Assembly: GCA_964473485.1 (NCBI GenBank)
Contig: CAYYPH010000001.1
Span: 477-64,476, forward strand
Length of the DNA: 64,000 bases
Direction of reading: 5' to 3'
Source of the DNA: an uncultured Prolixibacteraceae bacterium
GTDB lineage: Bacteria; Bacteroidota; Bacteroidia; Bacteroidales; FEN-979
The position numbers and the translations under genes were made by a program. Positions within the stretch are counted from its first letter, which is position 1, and the number at the start of each line of letters is the position of its first letter. Of this stretch, positions 48,123 to 58,593 are shown piece after piece. The notes under the pieces are model-generated. The model was not told the origin of the DNA. It made no database searches and saw only the letters and a program-made list of their open reading frames with translations.

Positions 48123-51100
48123 ATGAGCTGGATTACCGATCTTATTTCTCCCAAAACCCGCAAGTGGGAGGAATTTTACAGAAACCGATTTGCGCACGAC
48201 AAGGTGGTGCGAAGCACCCATGGCGTCAATTGTACCGGCGGATGCAGCTGGAATGTGCACGTCAAGAACGGAATAGTTGTGTGGGAAACACAGGCGGTTG
48301 ATTACCCGTTGCTTGAAAGCAGTCTTCCGCCTTACGAACCGCGGGGCTGCCAGCGAGGTATCTCGTTTTCATGGTACCTCTATTCGCCCTTGCGTGTTAA
48401 ATATCCCCTGGTCAGGGGCAAACTCATCGACCTGTACAGGGAGGAGAAGGCCAGGACCGGCGATGCATTCACGGCGTGGGAAAATATTCAGTCGGATCCG
48501 GTGAAACGAACGGCCTATCAACAGGCCCGCGGCAAGGGAGGATTCCGCCGCATTCAATGGGAGGAAGCGCTGGAGATGATCGGCGCTGCCAATATTTACA
48601 CCGCAAAGAAGTATGGTCCCGACCGGATCGTGGGATTTTCGCCGATCCCCGCCATGTCGATGATCAGCTATGCCGCCGGTTCACGCTTTCTTCAGTTGAT
48701 GGGCGGGGTGAACCTCAGCTTCTACGACTGGTATTGCGATCTGCCCAACGCGTTTCCCGAGGTGTGGGGCGAACAAACGGATGTGGCGGAAAGCGCCGAC
48801 TGGTACAATGCCAAGTTCATTGCCTGCATGGGATCGAACCTTGGAATGACCCGCACGCCCGATGTTCATTTCTTTTCCGAATCACGCCACAATGGAACAA
48901 AAACTGTGGTCTTTTCGCCCGATTTCAACATGGTGGCCAAATACTCCGATCAGTGGATCGCTATCAATGCCGGGCAGGATGGCGCTTTCTGGATGGCGGT
49001 GACCCATGTATTGCTGAAGGAATATCATGTGGATAAACAGGTTCCCTTTTTCATCGATTATATTAAACGATTTACGGATTCACCCTACCTGGTTGAGCTG
49101 GAAGAAACGGATGGGAAACTGACCCCCGGGCGCCTGTTGCGTGCCGGTCAGGTTGAAAAATTCAGGGGGGGTGAAAACGGGGAATGGAAATTTCTGAATG
49201 TTGATGAGGTCAGCGGGAATCTGGTTTGTCCGGGCGGCAGCGCCGGTCATCGTTGGGGAACCGCCGACGGTAAATGGAACATGAAACCGGAGGATGCGGA
49301 GACAGGCGATCCGTTTACCCCGTCGCTGAGCCTCATCAGCAACCGGGATGACATCGCCATGGTTGCATTCACCGACTTTGCCTTCAACCTGCAGCATGAG
49401 CGGGGCGTACCCGTAAAATATATTGAAACGGTTTCAGGAAAAAGGGCTGTTGTGGCGACCGTGTATGACCTGCTGATGGCTCATTATGGCATTGATCGTG
49501 GACTTGGCGGTGATTATCCGCAAGGGTACGACGATGAAAAGGGGGCTTTTACGCCGGCCTGGCAGGAGGTCTTCACCGGAATAGGCCGTAACACCGTTCT
49601 GCAGTTTGCCCGTGAATGGGGTCGTACGGCCGAAGCTACCAATGGTAAATGCATGATCATCATCGGCGCCGGGATCAACCACTGGTACCATCAGAACCTG
49701 ATTTACCGCGCCGGGATTACGGCGCTGCTGATGACCGGATGTGTGGGGCGCAACGGCGGGGGGATCAACCATTATGTTGGCCAGGAGAAACTCGCGCCGG
49801 TGGATTCATGGGGTTCGATCATGTCGGCCCGCGACTGGAACCCGGCTGCACGGCTGCAACAGGCCCCGATCTGGCATTACATGAACTCCGACCAGTACCG
49901 TTACGACGGAGACCAGTCGCAGTACAATGCATCCCTTGAAAATGATCTCACCGTGCAGCACACCGCCGATCTGATCGTAAAATCGGTACGGAACGGGTGG
50001 ATGCCTTTTTACCCGCAGTTTGACCGCAATAATTTCGAAATCGTTGAGGCGGCGGTGGCCTCCGGGGCCAAATCGGATGAAGAGATAAAAGCCTGGATCA
50101 TTCAGAAACTGAAGAGCAAAGAACTTTCCTATTCTGTTGCCGATCCCGATGCGGATGTCAATTTTCCGCGTGTCTGGTTCATCTGGCGCGGCAATGCCAT
50201 CATGTCGAGCGCCAAGGGTCATGAGTATTTTCTGAAACATTACCTGGGAACCCATCACAATTCCATTGCCGATGAAGTAGCCGGGGGATCGTTGAATGAG
50301 GTCAACTGGATGGAAAATGCCCCGACCGGAAAAATGGACCTGATCGCGGATCTGAATTTCAGGATGGATACCAGCGCGCTCTACTCGGATATTGTGTTAC
50401 CCTCTGCATCCTGGTATGAAAAGGCTGACCTGAACAGCACCGACATGCACTCCTTCATTCATCCGCTTTCGGCCGCCATTCCGCCGGTTTGGGAGTCCCG
50501 GAGCGATTGGGCCATCTTCAGATCAATTGCAAAAATTACCAGTGAAATTGCATCTGTTCACCTCAATAAACCGTTGATGGATGTCGTCAACACGCCATTG
50601 TCGCATGATTCATCAGCCGAAGTTGCACAGCCGCATATCAAAGACTGGGCGAAAGGCGAATGTGAAGCTGTTCCGGGGAAAACCATGCATAACATGGTGA
50701 TGGTTGAGCGCGATTATACCCGGCTGTATGATAAATTCTGCAGCCTGGGTCCCAACATGCGGACAAATCCTATCGGAGCGCACGGCAATTCATTTTTGGC
50801 CGCTGATGTTTACGATATGCTGGCGGCCGACAAGGACCATCTTCATCTCACGGGAAATACCCTCTATCCATCGCTGGAACAAGACGAAGAGGCCATCAAT
50901 GCCATTCTCCGCATGTCGTCGCTTACCAATGGCGAACTTAGCTTCAGGGCCTATCAGAATGCCGAGAAAAAAACAGGGCTGAAACTTACCGACCTGGCCG
51001 AAGGCAGCCGTGATATAAGGATTACCTATGCCGACCTGCAGGCGCAGCCAAGGCGGTATAACAATTCACCAATCTGGTCGGGCTTGCTGGACAAGGGTCG

Positions 51101-51740
51101 CGCCTATGCCGCTTATACCTATAATGTGGAGCGGCTTGTTCCCTGGCGGACCCTTACCGGACGGCAACACCTGTATCTCGACCATGAGGGTTATATTAAA
51201 TTCGGAGAGAACCTTCCGACGTATAAGCCATCGCCCAAACCGGAGGTGTATGGCGAATTGCGCAAAACCCTGGTGGATAAGGATGCCCTGGTGCTCAATT
51301 ACCTCACCCCGCATGGCAAATGGCATATACACTCCACGTATGGAGATAACCTCAGGATGCTTACCCTCGGAAGGGGAATGGTCCCGGTATGGCTGAGCGA
51401 GGAGGATGCTGCAGCGTTGGGCATAAACGACAACGATTGGGTTGAAATCCATAACGACAACGGAGTTTACAGCGCCAGGGCCTGTGTGAGCGCGCGTATT
51501 CCGAGGGGATTGTGTTTTGTCTACCATTCGCCCGAGCGAACCTACTCAAAGCCAAAATCACAGGTCAGGGGAAACCGTCGTTCGGGAGGGCACAACAGCC
51601 TGACCCGGGTTCATCTTAAACCCAACAACCTTGTAGGCGGATATGGCCAGTTTACCTACCATTTCAATTACTGGGGACCGGTCGGAGTGAACAGGGACAC
51701 CTTTGTTGTTATTCGGAAAATGGACAAGGTGGAATTTTAG
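48123..51740 (+). CDS. narG: Respiratory nitrate reductase alpha subunit
   Basis: [30 protein letters not shown] is the canonical NarG FS0 H-x3-C-x3-C cluster. 1205 aa, followed by narH/J/I. Confidence 0.95.
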   Translation: MSWITDLISPKTRKWEEFYRNRFAHDKVVRSTHGVNCTGGCSWNVHVKNGIVVWETQAVDYPLLESSLPPYEPRGCQRGISFSWYLYSPLRVKYPLVRGKLIDLYREEKARTGDAFTAWENIQSDPVKRTAYQQARGKGGFRRIQWEEALEMIGAANIYTAKKYGPDRIVGFSPIPAMSMISYAAGSRFLQLMGGVNLSFYDWYCDLPNAFPEVWGEQTDVAESADWYNAKFIACMGSNLGMTRTPDVHFFSESRHNGTKTVVFSPDFNMVAKYSDQWIAINAGQDGAFWMAVTHVLLKEYHVDKQVPFFIDYIKRFTDSPYLVELEETDGKLTPGRLLRAGQVEKFRGGENGEWKFLNVDEVSGNLVCPGGSAGHRWGTADGKWNMKPEDAETGDPFTPSLSLISNRDDIAMVAFTDFAFNLQHERGVPVKYIETVSGKRAVVATVYDLLMAHYGIDRGLGGDYPQGYDDEKGAFTPAWQEVFTGIGRNTVLQFAREWGRTAEATNGKCMIIIGAGINHWYHQNLIYRAGITALLMTGCVGRNGGGINHYVGQEKLAPVDSWGSIMSARDWNPAARLQQAPIWHYMNSDQYRYDGDQSQYNASLENDLTVQHTADLIVKSVRNGWMPFYPQFDRNNFEIVEAAVASGAKSDEEIKAWIIQKLKSKELSYSVADPDADVNFPRVWFIWRGNAIMSSAKGHEYFLKHYLGTHHNSIADEVAGGSLNEVNWMENAPTGKMDLIADLNFRMDTSALYSDIVLPSASWYEKADLNSTDMHSFIHPLSAAIPPVWESRSDWAIFRSIAKITSEIASVHLNKPLMDVVNTPLSHDSSAEVAQPHIKDWAKGECEAVPGKTMHNMVMVERDYTRLYDKFCSLGPNMRTNPIGAHGNSFLAADVYDMLAADKDHLHLTGNTLYPSLEQDEEAINAILRMSSLTNGELSFRAYQNAEKKTGLKLTDLAEGSRDIRITYADLQAQPRRYNNSPIWSGLLDKGRAYAAYTYNVERLVPWRTLTGRQHLYLDHEGYIKFGENLPTYKPSPKPEVYGELRKTLVDKDALVLNYLTPHGKWHIHSTYGDNLRMLTLGRGMVPVWLSEEDAAALGINDNDWVEIHNDNGVYSARACVSARIPRGLCFVYHSPERTYSKPKSQVRGNRRSGGHNSLTRVHLKPNNLVGGYGQFTYHFNYWGPVGVNRDTFVVIRKMDKVEF

Positions 51741-51771
51741 TTTACCATGAACGATTCACGATGTTAAAGTT

Positions 51772-52254
51772 ATGATCAAAAAGGTAATGCAGGAAATGAT
51801 TCAATACTTCGGACAAGATGTCCGTCGGATAAATCATGCCTTAAAGGTTTACGGTTTTGCTGGTTGCATTGCCGGAGGTAAGAATCTGAACGCACAGGAG
51901 GCGTTGGTTGTTGATCTTGCGGCTATCCTCCACGACATCGGGATCAGGGAGGCGGAACGGAAGCATCATTCGAACAGTGGACATTACCAGGAGATTGAAG
52001 GGCCTGCCATTGCCCGCAGCATTCTTTCAGGAAAGGATCTGGATAATGAAACCATTGAAAGGGTGTGTTTCATCATTGGTCATCACCATTCCTATCAGAA
52101 AATCGACGGCCCGGATTTTCAGATCCTCGTGGAAGCTGATTTATTGGTCAATATCCATGAGGATTCGATGGAGAAGCATTCCGCTGAGCGGATCAGGAAA
52201 CAATATTTCAAAACCCACACGGGCATTTCAATGATTGAAAGTATGTATTTGTAA
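51772..52254 (+). CDS. HD-domain protein (160 aa) inserted between narG and narH
   Basis: H...HDIG motif (AAILHDIGIRE) and a later IIGHHH. Gaps to its neighbours are 31 nt and 11 nt. Confidence 0.75.
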   Translation: MIKKVMQEMIQYFGQDVRRINHALKVYGFAGCIAGGKNLNAQEALVVDLAAILHDIGIREAERKHHSNSGHYQEIEGPAIARSILSGKDLDNETIERVCFIIGHHHSYQKIDGPDFQILVEADLLVNIHEDSMEKHSAERIRKQYFKTHTGISMIESMYL

Positions 52255-52265
52255 ATGCTGAAAAT

Positions 52266-53756
52266 ATGGATATAAGATCCCAAATTGCAATGGTATTCCA
52301 CCTCGATAAGTGCATCGGGTGCCATACCTGTTCCATTGCCTGCAAGAATATATGGACCGACCGCAAGGGGGCCGAATACATGTGGTGGAACAACGTGGAA
52401 ACCAAGCCTGGGACCGGTTACCCGAACAAATGGGAGGATCAGTCGGTGTACCAGGGAGGCTGGACAAAGCCGGATGGTCAGCTCCGGCTCAGGGGAATGG
52501 ACCGGAAATCGACCATGGCCAATATCTTTCACAATCCTCGCATGCCGGTGATGGATGATTATTATGAACCCTGGACCTATGATTACGCCAACCTTTTCGA
52601 GGCTCCGGCAGGAGATGACCAGCCCACCGCTCGTCCGGTTTCGCTTGTAACGGGCGATCCCATCGATATTAAAACCGGTCCCAACTGGGATGATGACCTG
52701 GGAGGTTCGCCCGATTATGCCCGTCAGGATGTGAACATGCACGATCTCACTCCTGCCGAAAAGGAAGCAATGTTCCAGCTCGAACGCATGACCATGTTTT
52801 ATCTTCCCCGCATCTGCAACCATTGCCTGAATGCTGCCTGTGTGGCCGCATGCCCATCGGGCGCCATATACAAGCGTGGCGAGGATGGCGTCGTTCTTAT
52901 CAACCAGAACAAATGCCGCTCCTGGCGCATGTGCGTTTCAGCCTGTCCTTACAAAAAGAGCTATTATAACTGGAACAACGGCAAGTCGGAAAAATGCCTG
53001 TTATGTTATCCGAGGCTCGAAACGGGCCAGGCACCTGCCTGCATGCATACCTGTGTGGGAAGGATTCGGTATCTCGGGGTCTTGCTCTATGATGCCGACC
53101 GGATCAAAGAGATTGCTTCGTGTGATGAAAAGGAGCTGGTTGCAAAACAAATGGAGATCTATCTCGATCCTTTTGATGAGAAGGTACAACAAGTTGCCCG
53201 CGAAAATGGCGTGGCCGAAAGCACGCTCGATTCGGCCATGAAATCGCCGGTCTGGAAATTTGTGAAAGAATGGGGCATTGCCCTTCCGCTGCATCCCGAA
53301 TACCGGACCCTGCCGAATCTGTTTTACGTTCCGCCTTTGCTTCCGGCCATCGCTGATACCTCCACCGGATCGTATGAAACAACAAGCGCTTCACTCTGGG
53401 GTGGAATTGAAAGCAGCCGGGTGCCGATGCAATACATGGCCAACCTGTTTACTGCAGGCGATACCGCAAAGATCAGGGAGGTGTTGAAAAAGCTGATGGC
53501 TGTGAGGATCCACCGGCGGGAGGTCACTGTTGGCGATATTAACGAAGATGAATGCCGGCAGGCTTTTGCAGAAACAGGGCTTAACGCGGAAACGGCTGAT
53601 GCCATTTTTCGCCTGACTTCGCTGCCCAGATTCGGCGACCGGTTCGTCATACCGGCCGCTCATCGCGAAGAGGCCACGGAGCTGCTGGAACATACCGCAG
53701 ATGTAAAGGGAAACACCGGCTTCGGAACCATCAATACGCCTCAAAGAATTTTATAG
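52266..53756 (+). CDS. narH: Respiratory nitrate reductase beta subunit
   Basis: QIAMVFHLDKCIGCHTCSIACKNIW..., CNHCLNAACVAACP, CRSWRMCVSACPY and CLLCYPR ferredoxin-type clusters. Confidence 0.95.
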   Translation: MDIRSQIAMVFHLDKCIGCHTCSIACKNIWTDRKGAEYMWWNNVETKPGTGYPNKWEDQSVYQGGWTKPDGQLRLRGMDRKSTMANIFHNPRMPVMDDYYEPWTYDYANLFEAPAGDDQPTARPVSLVTGDPIDIKTGPNWDDDLGGSPDYARQDVNMHDLTPAEKEAMFQLERMTMFYLPRICNHCLNAACVAACPSGAIYKRGEDGVVLINQNKCRSWRMCVSACPYKKSYYNWNNGKSEKCLLCYPRLETGQAPACMHTCVGRIRYLGVLLYDADRIKEIASCDEKELVAKQMEIYLDPFDEKVQQVARENGVAESTLDSAMKSPVWKFVKEWGIALPLHPEYRTLPNLFYVPPLLPAIADTSTGSYETTSASLWGGIESSRVPMQYMANLFTAGDTAKIREVLKKLMAVRIHRREVTVGDINEDECRQAFAETGLNAETADAIFRLTSLPRFGDRFVIPAAHREEATELLEHTADVKGNTGFGTINTPQRIL

Positions 53757-53808
53757 GACTGAAAATAAACATCAAACGATCAATCATACCGTTGGAATAA
53801 GCTGAATC

Positions 53809-54426
53809 ATGTTGCAGAAATACACCATCCTGGCCGGTCTATTCGATTATCCTGATGCGAAAACAGAGGATTTGCTCAAGCTGACCCGCGATATCCTGCA
53901 GGAACAATATCCCATGGCAATAGATTCGTTCATGCATTTTGAAGAAACCATCCGTGGAATGGATTTGCATAGCAGGGAGGAGTACTTCATCAACACTTTT
54001 GAAGTGGAAGCATTAATTTCTATGGACCTGGGGTATATCCTTTTCGGCGAAGACTACAAGCGGGGGAATTTTCTTGCCATGATGCAACAGGAGCAAACAC
54101 AAGCGGGTAACGACCTGGGCAGCGAACTGGCCGATCACCTGCCCAATGTAATGCGGTTGCTCCCGTTGATGACGGAAAAGGAGGTTGCTGAAGAACTCGC
54201 CTGCAGCATCATGCTCCCGGCGATCAGGGAGATTCTGAAGAAATTTGAACAAACGGACAATGTTTACCGTCATGCATTTGAAACGCTGCTGACCGTAATG
54301 GAAACAGACTTCTCCGGACTGCCTTATGAAGTTTATGAGGTGAAAACGGATTCTCAAAGTTGTGCAGGCGATGCGTATGCCTGCGGAGCTGACTTTTTAC
54401 AGGAAATTGGCAAACAAAAATTTTAA
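53809..54426 (+). CDS. narJ: Nitrate reductase Mo-cofactor assembly chaperone (TorD-like)
   Basis: Sits between narH and narI. 205 aa, helical and acidic, with an N-terminal LAGLFDYPD block. Confidence 0.65.
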   Translation: MLQKYTILAGLFDYPDAKTEDLLKLTRDILQEQYPMAIDSFMHFEETIRGMDLHSREEYFINTFEVEALISMDLGYILFGEDYKRGNFLAMMQQEQTQAGNDLGSELADHLPNVMRLLPLMTEKEVAEELACSIMLPAIREILKKFEQTDNVYRHAFETLLTVMETDFSGLPYEVYEVKTDSQSCAGDAYACGADFLQEIGKQKF

Positions 54427-54429
54427 CCT

Positions 54430-55152
54430 ATGAGCGACATTTTTCTACTCATCGCATTGCCCTACACAGCCCTGATCGTGATGCTTACCGGATCGGTTTA
54501 TGTTTACCGTACGCAAGCATACAGAGTAACCTCCCTTTCAACCCAGTTCCTCGAGAGCCGGGATCTTTTTTTCGGAGGGTTGTTTATGCATTGGGGAATT
54601 GTTGCCCTGTTCTTTGGCCACCTGATCGCCTTTTTGTTCCCTGCATCGGTCATTGCCTGGAACGGAAACCCAGTGCGACTGATCATACTTGAATCTGCAG
54701 CCCTGATCTTCGGAATATCCTTTTTCGCAGGCGTGGTTATCCTCATCTTCCGGCGACTTCGGAACAAGCGCCTTCACCGTGCCACCACCGATATGGATAT
54801 TGCCGTCTTCATCGTGCTGCTCACCCAGGCTGTGACCGGGATCTGGATTGCCCTGACCTATCGCTGGGGCTCGGCCTGGTTTGCATCGGTGCTCACTCCG
54901 TATATCCGCTCCCTGTTTTCACTGAATCCTGATCTGGCGGCGGTTTCGGCCATGCCACTGGTCATTAAAATTCATATTTCCACTGCTTTTTTGCTCCTCG
55001 CCATGATCCCGTTCAGCCGGTTCATGCATTTCCTGGTATTTCCGGTGAAATATTTCTGGCGTCCTTTCCAGGTGGTGATCTGGAACCGCGACCGGAAGAT
55101 GATGCGAAGTTCAACAGCCATTTCACCTGAAGTAAAATCAAAAAATAACTAA
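54430..55152 (+). CDS. narI: Respiratory nitrate reductase gamma subunit (dihaem b)
   Basis: Five TM helices. Conserved His in FMHWGIVALFFGHL and in IHISTAF...FMHFLVFP. Confidence 0.9.
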   Translation: MSDIFLLIALPYTALIVMLTGSVYVYRTQAYRVTSLSTQFLESRDLFFGGLFMHWGIVALFFGHLIAFLFPASVIAWNGNPVRLIILESAALIFGISFFAGVVILIFRRLRNKRLHRATTDMDIAVFIVLLTQAVTGIWIALTYRWGSAWFASVLTPYIRSLFSLNPDLAAVSAMPLVIKIHISTAFLLLAMIPFSRFMHFLVFPVKYFWRPFQVVIWNRDRKMMRSSTAISPEVKSKNN

Positions 55153-55247
55153 GTCATCGCTTTGATATACATATCAATGACACAAAGCTGCCAATAAACC
55201 ATCATAACCTAAGCATCAGTCAGACTTCAATCGATAACAACCGAAAC

Positions 55248-56756
55248 ATGCAACATACAGTAACCCCCAAATCGCACCGGATGTTGTTCTTTAACACGCT
55301 GGCATTCACCGTTTGCTTTGCGGTGTGGACCTTCAACGGGGTCATGATCACTTTTCTCGCCGACAACGGGCTTTACAACTTCAGCCTGGTGCAGGTTGGA
55401 TGGCTTATCGGTATTCCGGTGCTGACCGGATCGGTTTTCAGGCTTCCGATGGGAATATTGACCGATAAATACGGAGGAAAATGGGTGTTCGGACTGTTGT
55501 TGCTTTTCTGTGCCATACCCATGTATCTCTTTTCACTGGCCGATGGTTTCTGGGGTTTTATGACCTGCAGTTTTGGATTCGGGATGGCGGGAACCGGATT
55601 TGCCGTGGGGATTGCCAATACTTCGGTATGGTATCCGAAAGAGTGGCAGGGAAGGGCGCTTGGGATCTTCGGCGTTGGGAATGCCGGCGCGGCTGTGACC
55701 ACGCTCCTGGCGCCTTCGCTGCTGAATTATTTTACCGGGGGGTCGGGGATGGAACACTGGCGGATTTTGCCGCTCATCTATGCCTCATCGCTCGTAATAA
55801 TGGGGGTGTTATTTCTTCTTTTCACCGAAAACAAAAAGCATCATGTGCAGGGGCAAACGATGAAAGAGTTGCTCCAGCCATTGAAGAGCGTGATGGTATG
55901 GCGATTCGGACTTTACTATTTCCTGGTCTTCGGCGGGTTTGTCGCCATTTCGCAGTGGTTGGTTCCATACTTTGTGAATGTTTATTCCGCCTCGCTGGTC
56001 ATGGCGGGTCTGATGGCGTCGTTGTTCAGCCTGCCATCCGGTGTGATCCGCGCACTGGGCGGCTGGATGGCCGACCTGTGGGGAGCCCGTAAGGTGATGC
56101 TGTGGGTATTTGGCATTTCCATCGCCACCTGTTTTCTGCTGATCGTTCCACGGATGGAGGTCTTTTCGCCTGGGAAAGCCATAACGGCAGCTAAAAAGGG
56201 CACCGTTACCTTTGTTTCCGATACCCTGATCAAGGTGGATGATCGCTCCTATCCGGTCATTCATAAACATGAAACCGTTGCAAACCTTGATGAATCAGGG
56301 CTGCTTATTCTGCCAACCAAGGATTCGTGGCAGAACCCGGTTGTTAAAGAGGGCGATCAGGTGAAAAAGAAACAGATGTTAGCCAGGGGAATAACCAAGA
56401 TCTACTTTCAGGCGAACATGTGGATTTTCGCCATCCTTGTGTTTATCGTAGGCATTGCCTGGGGAATCGGAAAAGCAGGCGTTTACCGGTTCATTCCCGA
56501 TTACTTCCCCGACCAGGTGGGTGTTGTGGGAGGAATGGTCGGCGTGATCGGCGGGCTGGGCGGCTTTTTCTGTCCCATCATTTTTGGGTACCTCCTCGAA
56601 TGGACCGGGTTGTGGACGAGTTCCTGGATGTTCCTGTTTGTTTTGTCGGTGGTTTGCCTTTGGTGGATGCGCCATGTGATCGCCCGACTCATGCAACGGG
56701 CAGCGCCGGAATTCTCCACACGCGTTGATCACAAACCCCAAAGCCAGCAAAACTAA
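55248..56756 (+). CDS. narK: MFS nitrate/nitrite transporter with about 88-aa hydrophilic insertion
   Basis: NNP-family pattern GILTDKYGGK...GFGMAGTGFAVG. The insertion spans residues about 302-389. Confidence 0.8.
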   Translation: MQHTVTPKSHRMLFFNTLAFTVCFAVWTFNGVMITFLADNGLYNFSLVQVGWLIGIPVLTGSVFRLPMGILTDKYGGKWVFGLLLLFCAIPMYLFSLADGFWGFMTCSFGFGMAGTGFAVGIANTSVWYPKEWQGRALGIFGVGNAGAAVTTLLAPSLLNYFTGGSGMEHWRILPLIYASSLVIMGVLFLLFTENKKHHVQGQTMKELLQPLKSVMVWRFGLYYFLVFGGFVAISQWLVPYFVNVYSASLVMAGLMASLFSLPSGVIRALGGWMADLWGARKVMLWVFGISIATCFLLIVPRMEVFSPGKAITAAKKGTVTFVSDTLIKVDDRSYPVIHKHETVANLDESGLLILPTKDSWQNPVVKEGDQVKKKQMLARGITKIYFQANMWIFAILVFIVGIAWGIGKAGVYRFIPDYFPDQVGVVGGMVGVIGGLGGFFCPIIFGYLLEWTGLWTSSWMFLFVLSVVCLWWMRHVIARLMQRAAPEFSTRVDHKPQSQQN

Positions 56757-56907
56757 ACGGTTATGTTAACATTAATCTGTCTCATGGTTAACCTGTTAAC
56801 CTTTTCACTGGCTCAACCGTTACCCTTTAACTGTTCACCGGTTTACCCGTTCACCGCTACCGGTTTATCCGCTCACAAGTTCGCTAAATAACTAATTCAT
56901 CCTTAAG

Positions 56908-56959
56908 GCACTCACTCATTCATTCAATCACTCAATCACTCAATCACTCAATCCCTCAA
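56908..56959. repeat. 8-bp tandem repeat tcaatcac x3-4 within a G-poor leader
   Basis: tcaatcac at 56924, 56932 and 56940, and tcaatccc at 56948. Only 3 G in 56881..56979 by hand count. Confidence 0.85.
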
Positions 56960-56979
56960 ACACCCACTAACCAACCCAT

Positions 56980-58563
56980 ATGAGCAAACAACCCGCTACC
57001 ATCGGACACTGGAATCCTGAAGAACCGGGATTCTGGGAAAAGACAGGAAAAAAAATAGCCAACCGCAACCTGTGGATCTCGATCCCTGCCTTGTTGCTGG
57101 CATTCTCGGTCTGGATGATGTGGAGCATCATCATCGTGCAGATGGAAAGGCTGGGTTTCAGATTCAGCAGCGACCCAGACGCCAACAAAGCCATGCTTTA
57201 TTCTTTGCCTGCAATCGCCGGGCTGGCCGGCGCTACCCTGCGAATTCCCAACTCCTTTCTCATTGCCATCGGAGGGGGGCGAAACGTGATCTTTATCAAC
57301 ACTTTGTTGCTGTTGGTCCCTTCGATCGGGGCGGGGATTGCTCTGCAGGATATGCAGACTCCCTATCTGATGTTCGCTTTTCTTGCAGCAACCTCTGGTT
57401 TTGGTGGCGGAAACTTTGCCTCCTCCATGTCGAATATAAACTCATTCTTTCCGAAGAAGATGGCGGGAACGGCACTGGGTTTGAATGCAGGTCTTGGAAA
57501 CCTTGGAGTAAGCCTGATGCAATGGCTTTTACCGGTGACCATGGGATTTTCCCTGTTTGGTGCACTGGGTGGTGACGGAATTCTTAAACCACCGGCCTCA
57601 GACGGGCAGGCCTCAGGTGAATTGGTGTTCATTCAGAACAGCGGATGGACCTGGGTTCCCCTGCTTATCGCAGTGATTGTTGCTGTGTGGTTCGGAATGA
57701 ACAACCTCAAAACAGGTTCCCCTTACCTGAAATCGGATGTTCTGGGCATATTACGCTCCTTATACCTGGTGTTTTTAGGGATCGTTGCGACGGCGTTCGG
57801 AGCCTACCTGCTGATCTTTCTGAAACTGAGCATGTGGATCGTTTTGCCGGTCACCATTGCCGTCACCCTGGCGTTGTTGAAATTTCTGGCCCCCGGAGAG
57901 ATCAGGGGGAGCCTTGATAACCAGTTTAAAATATTCAGCAACAAGCACAACTGGATCATGACCATTCTGTATGTCATGACCTTCGGATCATTTATCGGTT
58001 TTGCCGGAGCCTTTCCAAAACTGATACAGGATGTTTTTGGTTACCTGCCCAATGGAGAGGTCAATTCCAAGGCCCCAAATCCCATGGCCTGGGCCTGGAT
58101 CGGTCCGTTTTTAGGGGCGGTGATTCGTCCGGTCGGCGGGTGGCTATCCGATAAAGTGAAAAGCGGATCAAAAGTGACCCAATGGTCGACGCTGCTTCAG
58201 ATCATTGCCGCATCGGGGGTGGCTTATTTTATTATTCAGGCGCGGCAAAGTCCGTCGCCTGAAAGTTACTGGTTGCCCTTTTTCATACTCTTTGTCCTTC
58301 TGTTTGTCGGGGCTGGTTTGGGCAACGGCTCAACCTTCCGCAGCATTCCCTATATATTCAGCAAGGAACTCGCCGGACCGGTACTTGGGTGGACATCTGC
58401 CATTGCTGCCTATGGCGCATTCATAATCCCGAAAGTATTCGGACAGCAAATTCAGCATAAAACTCCGGAGTATGCCATGTATGGCTTTACCCTATATTAT
58501 ATCCTCTGTCTTGTGTTAAACTGGTGGTACTACGACCGGAAAAATTCAGGGATTAAATGTTGA
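56980..58563 (+). CDS. narK: Second MFS nitrate/nitrite transporter (NarK2/NarT-like)
   Basis: NRNLWISIPALLLAFSVWMMWS, GFGGGNFASSM and GLGNGSTFR are typical NarK signatures. Confidence 0.85.
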   Translation: MSKQPATIGHWNPEEPGFWEKTGKKIANRNLWISIPALLLAFSVWMMWSIIIVQMERLGFRFSSDPDANKAMLYSLPAIAGLAGATLRIPNSFLIAIGGGRNVIFINTLLLLVPSIGAGIALQDMQTPYLMFAFLAATSGFGGGNFASSMSNINSFFPKKMAGTALGLNAGLGNLGVSLMQWLLPVTMGFSLFGALGGDGILKPPASDGQASGELVFIQNSGWTWVPLLIAVIVAVWFGMNNLKTGSPYLKSDVLGILRSLYLVFLGIVATAFGAYLLIFLKLSMWIVLPVTIAVTLALLKFLAPGEIRGSLDNQFKIFSNKHNWIMTILYVMTFGSFIGFAGAFPKLIQDVFGYLPNGEVNSKAPNPMAWAWIGPFLGAVIRPVGGWLSDKVKSGSKVTQWSTLLQIIAASGVAYFIIQARQSPSPESYWLPFFILFVLLFVGAGLGNGSTFRSIPYIFSKELAGPVLGWTSAIAAYGAFIIPKVFGQQIQHKTPEYAMYGFTLYYILCLVLNWWYYDRKNSGIKC

Positions 58564-58593
58564 TGCACAGTTGTTTCATCATATAGAATTTCA

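Noticed and set aside
48476-49036. 186-aa plus-strand ORF inside narG. Similar long alternative-frame ORFs occur at 55481..56092 in narK and 58866..59474 in the NrfD gene.
   Set aside because: These are off-frame shadows of confidently identified genes in GC-rich coding sequence. Their translations are Arg/Gly/Pro-rich with no motifs.
52119-52823. 234-aa minus-strand ORF spanning the HD gene / narH junction
   Set aside because: It is antisense to two well-supported genes with low-complexity translation, so it is a typical antisense shadow ORF.
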